A DNA stretch of 64,000 nucleotides, from positions 967 to 64,966 of the forward strand of contig CAZFQY010000001.1 of assembly GCA_964521265.1 (NCBI GenBank), in the 5' to 3' direction. Position numbers and translations under genes: made by a program. The notes beneath the pieces were generated by a model. It saw only the letters and a program-made list of their open reading frames with translations. It was not told the origin of the DNA and did no database searches. Below, piece after piece: positions 52,317 through 61,316 of the stretch. Within the stretch, counting starts at the first letter, position 1, and the number at the start of each line of letters is the position of its first letter. This DNA comes from an uncultured Clavibacter sp. (GTDB lineage Bacteria; Actinomycetota; Actinomycetes; Nanopelagicales; Nanopelagicaceae).

Positions 52317-52580
52317 ATGAAAAACTTTGAGGCTCTATGGGCAGAGCTCATCGGAAAATCTCAAATAAACGATCCCAATTCGACTACGGTGGCGGCCCTG
52401 TCGCTCGGAACGCATGCATTGACGAAGAAGGTTCTTGAAGAAGCTGGTGAAGTCCTTCTTGCCGCCGAAGCTCAAGGAAAGGATGAACTAGCGCAGGAGA
52501 TTTCTCAGTTGATCTACTGGATACAAGTATTGATGATTGATAAGGGTCTGACACTTGAAGATATATATCGGAGGCTTTGA
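52317..52580 (+). CDS. hisE: Phosphoribosyl-ATP pyrophosphatase
   Basis: 87 aa. [11 protein letters not shown]..., [14 protein letters not shown], and directly upstream of hisG with an ATGA overlap. Confidence 0.9.
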   Translation: MKNFEALWAELIGKSQINDPNSTTVAALSLGTHALTKKVLEEAGEVLLAAEAQGKDELAQEISQLIYWIQVLMIDKGLTLEDIYRRL

Positions 52581-53440
52581 ATATGACTCTCTCTGTAGCG
52601 CTACCCAATAAGGGTGCACTTTCCGCAGATTCAGCTGAGATACTTCGGGAAGCTGGTTACAAGCTTCGAAGCGATTCAAAGGAACTCTCCTTCTACGACT
52701 CCTCGAATGATGTTGAATTTTTCTATTTGCGACCTAGGGACATCGCAACTTACGTTTCCTCCAGTCAGATCGATCTTGGGATAACAGGAAGAGACCTTCT
52801 CCTTGATAGCGGTAAAGGGGCTGATGAAAAGCTAGAGCTTGATTTTGGTCATAGTGAATTTCGTATGGCTGCCTCAGCGACTGCGGTGGATGCGGGGGAG
52901 ATCAATGAAAAGAATCTGGGTGGTAAGCGGATTGCGACTGCATATAGGGGTTTAGTTGAGGACTTCCTAGAAAATGCCGGAGTCAAGGCCGATGTTGTTA
53001 CTTTGGACGGTGCAGTTGAAGGCGCTATCAAACTGGGCGTCGCGGATTTGATAGTCGATGTAGTCGCTACCGGAAATACGATTAAGCAGGCCGGTCTAAG
53101 AGTTTTTGGACCGACGATTTTAAAAAGCCAAGCAATCCTGATCTCACGCCCTAATTTTATAAATCCAAGCGCAGAGAGATTAATTAGGAGGATTTCAGGG
53201 GTTGTTATCGCGCGACAGTACGTCTTAGTCGATTACGATATTGAAAAGAAGAACTTGGCTGCTGCATGTGAAATCACTCCTGGACTCGAGTCGCCAACTA
53301 TCTCTCCGCTTCAAAAGGAGGATTGGGTTGCAGTTCGGGCCATGGTCAAACGTGCTGATGTGCATAACGCCATGGACAAATTGTGGGGGATTGGGGCTAG
53401 AGGAATATTGGTAACGGATATCCACTCATGCCGACTTTAA
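52577..53440 (+). CDS. hisG: ATP phosphoribosyltransferase (long form with C-terminal regulatory domain)
   Basis: 287 aa. [29 protein letters not shown]. The C-terminal extension is consistent with long HisG. Confidence 0.94.
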   Translation: MNMTLSVALPNKGALSADSAEILREAGYKLRSDSKELSFYDSSNDVEFFYLRPRDIATYVSSSQIDLGITGRDLLLDSGKGADEKLELDFGHSEFRMAASATAVDAGEINEKNLGGKRIATAYRGLVEDFLENAGVKADVVTLDGAVEGAIKLGVADLIVDVVATGNTIKQAGLRVFGPTILKSQAILISRPNFINPSAERLIRRISGVVIARQYVLVDYDIEKKNLAAACEITPGLESPTISPLQKEDWVAVRAMVKRADVHNAMDKLWGIGARGILVTDIHSCRL

Positions 53441-54066
53441 TTTTTCAGCACCTCTATGAGTTCTTTGAGGTCATTCTCAATAGAGAGGTTAGCGGCGCTG
53501 CGAAGGATTGGTTTAGCCTTGTAAGCAACTCCTAATCCTGCGCGCTGAATCATTAGAAGATCATTAGCTCCATCACCAATCGCTACAGTCTTTTCCATGT
53601 CTACGCCGAATTTATGGGCAAATTGCTGTAGGTGCTCGGCCTTGGCATCTCTATCGATTATTGGCGCAAGGACCTTTCCGGTCAAAACTCCATTTTCGAT
53701 CTCGAGGTTGTTGCCGGCGATATAGTCGAGATCCTTGAAGAATTCGATCCTGCTCAGTACCTGGAGAAAACCCCCAGTGACAGCTCCGAAGAGAATCCCA
53801 TGGAGGCGACAGAAATCCCGCAGATCATGCGCTCCCGGTGAGAGCGTGATCTGACTCGTTACCTCTTCGAAGATGGAGATGGGAAGTCCTGCAAGCAATT
53901 CAACCCTTCTGGCGAGAGCAGATCTGAAGTCGATCTCACCTGCCATTGCACGAGCGGTAATTTCAGAAACTTTTTCTCCGCTTCCTGCAACATTTCCGAG
54001 CAGGTCTATCACTTCTTGCTCAATGAGCGTTGAATCCACATCAGAGAGAATCAGTCGGAAACGCAT
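53437..54066 (-). CDS. serB: Phosphoserine phosphatase-type HAD hydrolase (catalytic domain only)
   Basis: HAD motifs DVDSTLIEQEVID, VTGGF, K(x)n GDGANDL. By eye it is closely collinear with the mycobacterial SerB2 C-terminal domain. The ATG at 54066 overlaps the stop of the upstream ACT-like ORF (TGATG); the track start TTG is at 54069. Confidence 0.85.
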   Translation of the reverse strand: MRFRLILSDVDSTLIEQEVIDLLGNVAGSGEKVSEITARAMAGEIDFRSALARRVELLAGLPISIFEEVTSQITLSPGAHDLRDFCRLHGILFGAVTGGFLQVLSRIEFFKDLDYIAGNNLEIENGVLTGKVLAPIIDRDAKAEHLQQFAHKFGVDMEKTVAIGDGANDLLMIQRAGLGVAYKAKPILRSAANLSIENDLKELIEVLKN

Positions 54067-54329
54067 CAACTGACCTCAAGCATCCCAATATCAAGATTGA
54101 AAGACGGTCCCGCTTTTTCAAGCTCGTCACGAATGGCGTCTCCATGCGCTGGATCATGTGCGATCAAGATCGCCACTATGGTTCTTCCACCAAGATCAAT
54201 CCGCTGAGACTCGATAGTCTCATGCACAAAGTCATTCAAGACTCCGTCGATGAATTCTGCTGCCTTGGGGTTATCTGGACCCGATCCGAGAATCAAGGCT
54301 TGAGATATTAACTTCGCTTTATTCGACAC
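54066..54329 (-). CDS. ACT-like small regulatory domain protein (resembles the second ACT domain of SerB2)
   Basis: 87 aa. ALILGSGPDNPKAAEFIDGVLNDF...IVAILIA...DAIRDELEKAG...LDIGML follows the beta-alpha-beta-beta-alpha-beta ACT pattern. It sits exactly where the N-terminal ACT domain of fused SerB proteins would be. Confidence 0.5.
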   Translation of the reverse strand: MSNKAKLISQALILGSGPDNPKAAEFIDGVLNDFVHETIESQRIDLGGRTIVAILIAHDPAHGDAIRDELEKAGPSFNLDIGMLEVS

Positions 54330-54390
54330 TGGTGAATCTTAGAGCGATTTTCCCAACTAACCCTGAGCTCGAGAGGTATCTTTCTCGCCC

Positions 54391-55179
54391 ATGAACGCCC
54401 TATTGAAACTCAGTGAAGTATCGGTGCTTCGCGATGGAAGGGCAATCCTCGGTCCCTTGAATTGGACTCTGGAAACCGGAGAGCGCTGGGTTGTTATTGG
54501 ACCGAATGGCGCAGGTAAGACCACTTTTCTTCAATTAATTGGGGCTCTACTGCATCCGAGTTCTGGAACAGTCGAAATTCTAGGTGAGAGATTGGGGCAG
54601 GTAGATGTCTTCGATTTACGACCTCGTATTGGTATCTCATCGAGCGCTTTGGCGGACTATCTTCCCCAAGATGAGCGAGTAATAGATTTAGTTCTGACCG
54701 CGGCTTACGCAATTACGGGGAGATGGGTCGAAGAATATGACCTTTGGGATGAGTCAAGGGCAAAGGCTCTTCTAGATATCTTTGGCGTGCGCGAGCTAGC
54801 AGATCGCGTTTACGGAACCTTAAGCGAAGGAGAGAGAAAACGGGTTCAAATAGCACGGTCACTTATGGCTGATCCTGAAATCCTTCTTCTAGATGAACCA
54901 GCCGCTGGTTTGGACTTTGGAGGGCGTGAGGATATTCTCGATCGTATCTCTCGTTTCCTCGATGAACCTGCCGCGCCTGCATCAGTGATAGTCACCCATC
55001 ATATTGAGGAGATTCCTCGGGGGACCACACATATTCTGCTTCTAGAATCGGGAAAAGTTTTCGCTAGTGGCGAGATTGGATCAGTCCTTACGGAGAATAA
55101 CCTAAACAAACTTTTCAATGTAGATGTTCAACTTTCTTTCGATGGCAGAAGATATTCTGCAACTTCAAGACGTAACTAA
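54391..55179 (+). CDS. ABC transporter ATP-binding protein (no adjacent permease)
   Basis: 262 aa. Walker A GPNGAGKTT, signature LSEGERKRVQIARSL, Walker B LLLDEPAAGLD, and an H-loop at VTHH. Confidence 0.88.
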   Translation: MNALLKLSEVSVLRDGRAILGPLNWTLETGERWVVIGPNGAGKTTFLQLIGALLHPSSGTVEILGERLGQVDVFDLRPRIGISSSALADYLPQDERVIDLVLTAAYAITGRWVEEYDLWDESRAKALLDIFGVRELADRVYGTLSEGERKRVQIARSLMADPEILLLDEPAAGLDFGGREDILDRISRFLDEPAAPASVIVTHHIEEIPRGTTHILLLESGKVFASGEIGSVLTENNLNKLFNVDVQLSFDGRRYSATSRRN

Positions 55180-55185
55180 TACCCC

Positions 55186-55836
55186 ATGCTTTTTGAATTG
55201 ATTCCTGCTCCGTGGAAAGCACATCTTGAACAGCACCGTGAAGAGATTGATGCAATAGGGATGAAACTTCAATCCCTTGCAAATTCGGGGGACCGGATCC
55301 TTCCCGATAAGAAATGGGTCTTTCGTGCCCTTGAGATTCCACCCGACGAGGTTAAAGTTCTTGTGATCGGACAAGACCCTTACCCGAACATTCAAGATGC
55401 CTGTGGCCTAGCTTTCTCAGTTTCTCCGCGGAAATCTGGCTTACCTGGTTCACTCATGAATATTCAAAAAGAAATCTTGACCGATATCGGGATAACCCAC
55501 ACGGCGGATGGCGATCTAGCTCGTTGGGCCGAACAGGGGGTCATGCTCCTCAATCGAGTTCTTACAGTGACAGCAGGTTCGAGCGGGTCCCATGCTCGAT
55601 TAGGTTGGGAAGCGGTAACTGAGACGATTGCTCGGGTTTGTGCGGATCAGGGAAGTATTGCTCTGCTGTGGGGAAACTCAGCGCGAGAACTTGCGCAGTT
55701 TTTTGCTAACGAACGCGTTGTGGAGGGTGTGCACCCCAGCCCCTTATCGGCTCACCGCGGGTTTCTTGGCTCGAAACCATTCTCGAAAGTGAATTCCATA
55801 TTGCGTTCGCAGGGTGTTAATGAAATTTCCTGGTAA
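55186..55836 (+). CDS. ung: Uracil-DNA glycosylase, family 1
   Basis: 216 aa. VIGQDPYP, GVMLLN, HPSPLSA. Confidence 0.93.
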   Translation: MLFELIPAPWKAHLEQHREEIDAIGMKLQSLANSGDRILPDKKWVFRALEIPPDEVKVLVIGQDPYPNIQDACGLAFSVSPRKSGLPGSLMNIQKEILTDIGITHTADGDLARWAEQGVMLLNRVLTVTAGSSGSHARLGWEAVTETIARVCADQGSIALLWGNSARELAQFFANERVVEGVHPSPLSAHRGFLGSKPFSKVNSILRSQGVNEISW

Positions 55837-55862
55837 CTAGTTGCTAACTGACTGGAATTGAA

Positions 55863-55896
55863 GAAGGGGTGCGGTTTCCCGCACCCCTTCATTTTC
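55863..55896. terminator. Bidirectional intrinsic terminator between convergent ung and the purine permease gene
   Basis: A perfect 12-bp GC-rich stem, GAAGGGGTGCGG (55863-74) with CCGCACCCCTTC (55879-90), and a TTTC loop. ATTTTC follows on the + strand and TTCAATTCC follows on the - strand. Confidence 0.8.
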
Positions 55897-55913
55897 AATC
55901 GTATTCGGGCTTC

Positions 55914-57344
55914 TTAACCAATCCAGGTGTTGATCGGATCACTTAGGAAGTAGATCATGAACAAACCAGCCACAAGAGCTAATAGCGGGTGGACATCTTT
56001 CGATCTTCCCTGAATTACTCTTATGACTACGTAAGAGACGAAACCAGCGCCAATACCGACAGAGATGTTGTAGGTAAATGGCATGAGGATAATCGTCAAG
56101 AAAGCAGGAATTGCGATCCCATAATCTTCCCAATCAATCGACTTGATCTGGGTCATCATCAGGAAGCCAACGATGATGAGAGCTGGAACAGCAGCTTCGT
56201 AAGGGATGATCGCAACTAGCGGGGAGAGGAAGGTTGTGAGCAGGAAGAGAATTCCTGTTACAACCGATGCCAGACCTGTTCTAGCTCCTTCTCCAACTCC
56301 GGATGCTGACTCGATATACGAAGTATTGCTTGATACTGAGGATGCTCCACCAGCAACAGCCGCTAGTGAGTCAACCAAGAGAATTCTCTCTGCATTAGGT
56401 GGCGTGCCATTCTTATCGTTGAGGCCAGCCTCTTGTCCTATTGCAGTCATCGTTCCCATGGTGTCGAAGAAGTCTGCGAGCAATAAGGTGAAGACGAGAA
56501 GCAGAGCCGTGATCAATGGAACTCGCTCGAATGAACCAAAGAGATTGAAGTCGCCTAGGAGGCTGAAGTCAGGAGTTGCGACTACTTCTGATGGAACGGC
56601 AGGAACATTAAGGTTCCAGCCCTTTGGATTCGTATTGGTTCCATCAAAAAGTGGCCCAATCTTGAAAGCGTTCTCGATGGCAATAGCAAGGCCAGTGGAG
56701 ATAACGATTCCTAGAAGAAGTGCGGCTTTGACTTTGCGAATCATCAAACCGATAGTCAGGAAGAGACCAAAGGCGAAGACCACGATTGGCCAGCCGACTA
56801 ATTCGCCACCATCGCCGAGCGTCACTGGAACCGGACCTTGAGCGGTGCGGCGTACAAAACCAGAATCAACTAACCCGATGAGGGCAATGAAGAGACCGAT
56901 ACCAACAGAGATCGCAATCTTGAGTTGGGTAGGCACGGCGCGGAACACGGCAGTCCTAAATCCAGTCAAAACCAAGATTGTGATGATGATGCCTTCAAGG
57001 ACTACAAGTCCCATGGCATCTTGCCAAGTCATCTGTGAAGCTATGGCCACAGCGACGAAGGTGTTCAATCCGAGTCCGGTTGCTAGTGCAAGTGGAAAGT
57101 TTGCTACTACACCCATAAGGATGGAGAGAACGCCCGCCACTAGCGCAGTTGCGGCAGCAATTAGAGCGAGATTAGGTGCATCTCCGCCGCCTATGTACTT
57201 ACCATCGGCATCCTTAGCAAGTCCGATGATTAGAGGGTTTAACGCGACGATGTAAGCCATCGTAAAGAAGGTGACAACGCCGCCGCGGACTTCCTGAGCT
57301 ACGGAAGAACCGCGTTCTGAGATTTTGAAGAAGGTATCCAGCAT
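55914..57344 (-). CDS. NCS2/AzgA-family purine (adenine/guanine/hypoxanthine) permease
   Basis: 476 aa, about 12-14 TM. The N-terminus MLDTFFKISERGSSVAQEVRGGVVTFFTMAYIVALNP is characteristic of AzgA/PbuG-type permeases. Confidence 0.88.
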   Translation of the reverse strand: MLDTFFKISERGSSVAQEVRGGVVTFFTMAYIVALNPLIIGLAKDADGKYIGGGDAPNLALIAAATALVAGVLSILMGVVANFPLALATGLGLNTFVAVAIASQMTWQDAMGLVVLEGIIITILVLTGFRTAVFRAVPTQLKIAISVGIGLFIALIGLVDSGFVRRTAQGPVPVTLGDGGELVGWPIVVFAFGLFLTIGLMIRKVKAALLLGIVISTGLAIAIENAFKIGPLFDGTNTNPKGWNLNVPAVPSEVVATPDFSLLGDFNLFGSFERVPLITALLLVFTLLLADFFDTMGTMTAIGQEAGLNDKNGTPPNAERILLVDSLAAVAGGASSVSSNTSYIESASGVGEGARTGLASVVTGILFLLTTFLSPLVAIIPYEAAVPALIIVGFLMMTQIKSIDWEDYGIAIPAFLTIILMPFTYNISVGIGAGFVSYVVIRVIQGRSKDVHPLLALVAGLFMIYFLSDPINTWIG

Positions 57345-57454
57345 CTTCTGCCTTTCATCTCAACAGAGTGAGAGATCGCTAATTTTTTAACGGTGGTGGT
57401 TGCGACACCGCGTGGAGGCAGTCCACGGGCTGAGGGAAGCCCCAAACCTAATTG

Positions 57455-58117
57455 CTACTGGGCGGTAAGCCGGGAAACGACACCAAAGGAGATTGCTACA
57501 GATTGGCCAATTAACAACGCGAAGAGCGCAGTACCCAAACCGACAGTTCCCCCGAGAAACCACCCCAGGGTGAGAACAGAGAGTTCGATTCCAAGTCGCA
57601 CGCGTCCAACGCGAACACCTGTTCGGTTATGAAGAGCTGTCATCCAGCCGTCGCGAGGCCCCGGCCCAAGCCCGCAGGTAATGTAGAAGGCCGATCCCAT
57701 ACCTACCATCGCAATCCCTATCAATACATAGATCAGTCGTGGCATGAATCCGCTCGGCTCCGGAAAAAGGAAAAGTCCGAAATCAATGGCGGCTGCAATT
57801 ATCAAAATGTTCATAACTGTGCCGAACCCAGGCTTCTCTTTTAGGGGAAGCCACATAGAAAGAACAATCCCACTAATTAGAAGCGTGGCCGTTCCGATTG
57901 ATATTCCTAGTTGCGATGAGATGCCTTGAGCCAACACGGACCAAGGGGCATTTCCAAGATTAGAAGTTATAAGTAATGAATCCCCAAGTCCGAAGATGAA
58001 GAGGGCCGAAGAGAGGATTAAGACTCTTTTTGGAGTCAGGTCCCATCGATGGACTGCTGTCCAAGGCGTGACTGGAACAGTTTTATGGGGAGCAAAGAAA
58101 CTGAACCATGACTTCAC
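57455..58117 (-). CDS. Polytopic membrane protein (YczE/YitT-like)
   Basis: 220 aa, about 6 TM. FGLGDSLLITSNLGNAPWSVLAQGIS resembles the YczE-type family. The family call is tentative. Confidence 0.5.
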   Translation of the reverse strand: MKSWFSFFAPHKTVPVTPWTAVHRWDLTPKRVLILSSALFIFGLGDSLLITSNLGNAPWSVLAQGISSQLGISIGTATLLISGIVLSMWLPLKEKPGFGTVMNILIIAAAIDFGLFLFPEPSGFMPRLIYVLIGIAMVGMGSAFYITCGLGPGPRDGWMTALHNRTGVRVGRVRLGIELSVLTLGWFLGGTVGLGTALFALLIGQSVAISFGVVSRLTAQ

Positions 58118-58144
58118 TACTTAACTCTAGCCTAGGATTACGGA

Positions 58145-58888
58145 ATGTTTGTGGGCTTAGGAACTCTGATCAACGTTATCGCGATAATTTTCGGGACTCT
58201 TCTGGGAAGATTATTTGGCGATTCGCTTAAGGAGCGAACGCGCAATTTGTTGATGGATGTTCTTGGCGCGGTCACTCTCATTGGAGCTGCATCCGCGGTT
58301 GCGGCGTTATTCGAGAAAGAAGTGACCGATTCATTGCCAGATGGCTTTCCTATTCTTGTAGTCCTTGGTTCTCTCATTCTGGGCGGTCTTCTTGGATCTT
58401 GGATACAGATCGAATCAAGATTGAACTCTCTGGGAGAGGCGTTGAGAGGCAGATTCGGGGTCAGCAATAATCAAAGTGGTGAATCCCGATTCGTTGAGGG
58501 ATTCGTTACCGCCTCACTTATTTTCGTAATTGGACCCCTGGCGATCCTTGGCAGCATTAGTGATGGCATGTCGACAGGCATTGATCAACTCTTACTTAAG
58601 AGCATCCTCGACTTCTTTGCTTCCATCGCTTTCGCAGCAACCCTTGGCTGGGGCGTGGCGTTCTCTGCTCTACCTGTTGCTGTCTATCAAGGGGCCTGGA
58701 CATTGGTTGGCCTTTTCCTTGGTTCAGTTCTTGAGGGCTATCAAGTTCTGGCAATGACTGCTACCGGCGGAGTGCTGCTACTCGGTATCGCCCTCAGACT
58801 TCTAAGGATCAAAGAGATTGCAATTGGAGATCTTCTACCAGCGTTGGCGTTCGCGCCTGTGCTCGCGTTACTTGCGTCAAATTTCTAA
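58145..58888 (+). CDS. DUF554-family membrane protein
   Basis: 247 aa, multi-TM. The N-terminus MFVGLGTLINVIAIIFGTLLGRLFG and internal ILGSISDGM..G are typical of DUF554 (YdfK/YqgA-like). Confidence 0.65.
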   Translation: MFVGLGTLINVIAIIFGTLLGRLFGDSLKERTRNLLMDVLGAVTLIGAASAVAALFEKEVTDSLPDGFPILVVLGSLILGGLLGSWIQIESRLNSLGEALRGRFGVSNNQSGESRFVEGFVTASLIFVIGPLAILGSISDGMSTGIDQLLLKSILDFFASIAFAATLGWGVAFSALPVAVYQGAWTLVGLFLGSVLEGYQVLAMTATGGVLLLGIALRLLRIKEIAIGDLLPALAFAPVLALLASNF

Positions 58889-59943
58889 AACGTTTTGGCG
58901 TCAATCACGAAGCGATATTTGACATCGCTTTGCACTGTACGTGTGTATGCCTCGTTGACATAGTCGGCCCCTATTACCTCCACATCGCTTACGAGGTTCT
59001 TCTCACCACAGAAATCAATCATTTCCTGAAGCTCCGGCATGCCGCCAATCATCGAACCAGCAATTGATCGCCTGCCGTCTAACAAAGTTCCAGCGTTCAC
59101 GGCATATGGCTTACCTGGTAGTCCAATGACAACCAGAGTTCCATTTGTATCGAGCAGTTGCAGGTAAGGATCAAGATCAAGCTCAGCGGAAACCGTATTG
59201 AGAATCAGATCGAAGCGCTTCTTCAATCCAACATTCCAATCATCGCCCTTTGTTAGAACGAATTTAGAGGCGCCCATGTTTAGCGCGTCTTTTTCCTTAG
59301 CAGGAGAGTGGCTCAAGACCGTCACTTCAGCCCCTAACGCGGCAGCGAACTTGACTCCCATATGCCCCAATCCACCAAGACCCATTACAGCAACTCGTGA
59401 GCCCTTGCCGACATTCCAATGGCGTATTGGAGAATAGAGAGTAATACCTGCGCATAGCAGTGGAGCAACACCTGAAAGATCTAGATTTCCCGGGATAGTA
59501 ACTGCGTAATGTTCGTTGATGACGAAGTAGTTTGAATAACCGCCGAAGGCGATGGTTTTTCCGTCACGCTCATAACCGTTATAGGTCCCAGTCATTCCCT
59601 CAGCGCAATACTGCTCTAATCCAGCGACGCAGTTTCGGCAACTTCTACACGAATCTATAAATACTCCAACTCCGATTCGGTCACCAACCTTGAACTTTCT
59701 AACTTCCTGCCCAATTTCAGTAACAATTCCAACGATTTCGTGGCCAGGAACCATCGGATAAAGAGAGGGTCCCCACTCCTGCCGCACCTGATGAATGTCT
59801 GAATGGCAGATGCCCGCATAAAGAATCTCAAAACCTACATCCGCTGACTTGAGATCACGCCTTGAAAATTCAAACGGTACTAAGCCCGATTCCGGATCGT
59901 GCGCCGCATAACCGCGAACACTCTTAGAGTTTGTCATAATCAT
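58885..59943 (-). CDS. Zinc-dependent NAD(P)-alcohol dehydrogenase (cinnamyl-alcohol dehydrogenase/YahK-like)
   Basis: 352 aa. GICHSD, GHEIVG, structural zinc site C..C..C......C (DSCRSCRNCVAGLEQYC), and Rossmann GLGGLGHMG. Confidence 0.9.
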   Translation of the reverse strand: MIMTNSKSVRGYAAHDPESGLVPFEFSRRDLKSADVGFEILYAGICHSDIHQVRQEWGPSLYPMVPGHEIVGIVTEIGQEVRKFKVGDRIGVGVFIDSCRSCRNCVAGLEQYCAEGMTGTYNGYERDGKTIAFGGYSNYFVINEHYAVTIPGNLDLSGVAPLLCAGITLYSPIRHWNVGKGSRVAVMGLGGLGHMGVKFAAALGAEVTVLSHSPAKEKDALNMGASKFVLTKGDDWNVGLKKRFDLILNTVSAELDLDPYLQLLDTNGTLVVIGLPGKPYAVNAGTLLDGRRSIAGSMIGGMPELQEMIDFCGEKNLVSDVEVIGADYVNEAYTRTVQSDVKYRFVIDAKTF

Positions 59944-59984
59944 TAGTCTACGAGGAAAGGAGTCTCAAGAGTGGAAGTTGATGA

Positions 59985-60629
59985 TCATGAAAATGGCAGC
60001 GGATCGCTTGATTGATGGGCTTCTCCGCTTGAGCGAGCAGTAACTTTCCGCATGTGGTGACGCCTACACAAAACTTCATAGGCGACCACATCCTTACCGC
60101 CTGTATCACCAACCACAACCTGTTCGCCTTCGGTAACCATCGCCCCATCAATTGTCCGAGCATTATGCGTTGCCCTTTCGCCGCACCAACAGAGCGCTTC
60201 GACCTGCAGGGTTTGGACTCGGTCAGCCAACTCGACTAGTCGCGCTGACCCAGGGAAGAGCTTGGTTCTGAAATCTGTAAGGATGCCAAAAGCAAATACA
60301 TCAATACCGAGGCCATCGGCGATCCGCGCTAGCTGTTCGATCTGCTCCGGAGCGTAGAACTGCGCTTCGTCACAGATTACATAGTCGATTCGAACCCCCC
60401 TTGAGAGCTGCTCGACCACGAAGCGATGTAAATCCATCTCCTCAGTGACTTCAAGCGCTTCCGAGGTGAGCCCCAACCGAGAAGAGATCTTTCCACTTCC
60501 TGCGCGGTCTCGATTTGTAAAGAGCAATCCCGCTCGACCACGACTTTGATGATTATGGGCCGTTTGAAGGGCCAGGGTCGACTTTCCACTATCCATGGTG
60601 CCGCAGTAATAAACCAGTTCCGCCATCAA
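59985..60629 (-). CDS. tdk: Thymidine kinase
   Basis: 214 aa. P-loop GTMDSGKST, Walker B ICDEAQF, and the zinc ribbon CWCG...plus...LCRRHH. Confidence 0.92.
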   Translation of the reverse strand: MMAELVYYCGTMDSGKSTLALQTAHNHQSRGRAGLLFTNRDRAGSGKISSRLGLTSEALEVTEEMDLHRFVVEQLSRGVRIDYVICDEAQFYAPEQIEQLARIADGLGIDVFAFGILTDFRTKLFPGSARLVELADRVQTLQVEALCWCGERATHNARTIDGAMVTEGEQVVVGDTGGKDVVAYEVLCRRHHMRKVTARSSGEAHQSSDPLPFS

Positions 60630-60641
60630 ACTTCTCGCTTC

Positions 60642-61187
60642 TTAGGTTCTCAGCAAAGAGATTACTTCAACATCAGGATGGGTTTTATTGATCAGATTTC
60701 TTCCTTGAAGGAAAGAGATCTCCATCAGAAATATATGTGCAATCGTCTTTGCTCCGGTATAGCTAACCAACTCATGACAAGCCAAAGCGGTACCACCCGT
60801 TGCAAGGACATCATCAACAATCACCACATTGCTCTTTGGATCTATCAGATCCTTATGCATCTCTAATGCGTCGAATCCATACTCCAATTGATAATCCTTG
60901 CGATGCACATCGCGCGGCAGTTTCCCCGGCTTACGCACAGTCACAAAACCGATGTTGAGTGCCTTCGCTAATGCACCGCCTAATATGAAACCTCTGCTCT
61001 CGATTCCGACGATTGCATCAATCTTCGGATTAAGCCTGGATATGGCTGCTGCGAGCTCATCAATCACAACAGAGAAGCCCTCTCCATCGGCTAGGAGTGG
61101 GGTTATGTCCTTAAAAAGAATTCCTGGTTTTGGGTAATCTGGAACATCAGCAATTAAAGAGAGAGCGCGTTCCAGCGAAGTAGCCAC
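60642..61187 (-). CDS. apt: Adenine phosphoribosyltransferase
   Basis: 181 aa. IADVPDYPKPGILFKDITPLL and the PRPP motif VIVDDVLATGGT. GTG start. Confidence 0.95.
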   Translation of the reverse strand: MATSLERALSLIADVPDYPKPGILFKDITPLLADGEGFSVVIDELAAAISRLNPKIDAIVGIESRGFILGGALAKALNIGFVTVRKPGKLPRDVHRKDYQLEYGFDALEMHKDLIDPKSNVVIVDDVLATGGTALACHELVSYTGAKTIAHIFLMEISFLQGRNLINKTHPDVEVISLLRT

Positions 61188-61210
61188 GGCCGGAGCATAA
61201 CCATCATTTG

Positions 61211-61294
61211 TGTCCGAAAGGGGACTTGAACCCCTAATCTCTTTCGAGAACTAGCACCTCAAGCTAGCGCGTCTGCCAATTCCGCCACCCGGAC
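61211..61294 (-). tRNA. tRNA-Leu (anticodon GAG), class II with long variable arm; CCA not encoded
   Basis: I folded the reverse complement by hand. The acceptor is GUCCGGG/UUCGGAC and the D stem is a 3-bp GCG/CGC. The anticodon stem is CUAGC/GCUAG with loop UUGAGGU, giving anticodon GAG. The variable arm is UCUC-GAAA-GAGA. The T arm is AGGGG-UUCAAGU-CCCCU and the discriminator is A. Confidence 0.9.
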
Positions 61295-61316
61295 AAGAGA
61301 CGGCATACTTTAGCCC

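Noticed and set aside
56206-56841. A 211-aa plus-strand ORF, and the adjacent 136-aa ORF at 56845-57255, antisense to the purine permease gene.
   Set aside because: These are shadow ORFs of a strongly supported membrane-protein gene. They have a Pro/Ser/Thr/Arg-rich composition and no family resemblance.
57345-57454. A possible purine riboswitch or terminator in the 110-nt spacer upstream of the purine permease gene.
   Set aside because: Read on the minus strand, the spacer shows only two short 5-bp hairpins (57427-42 and 57412-26). It lacks the conserved purine-riboswitch junction and loop sequences, and no U-tract follows the hairpins.
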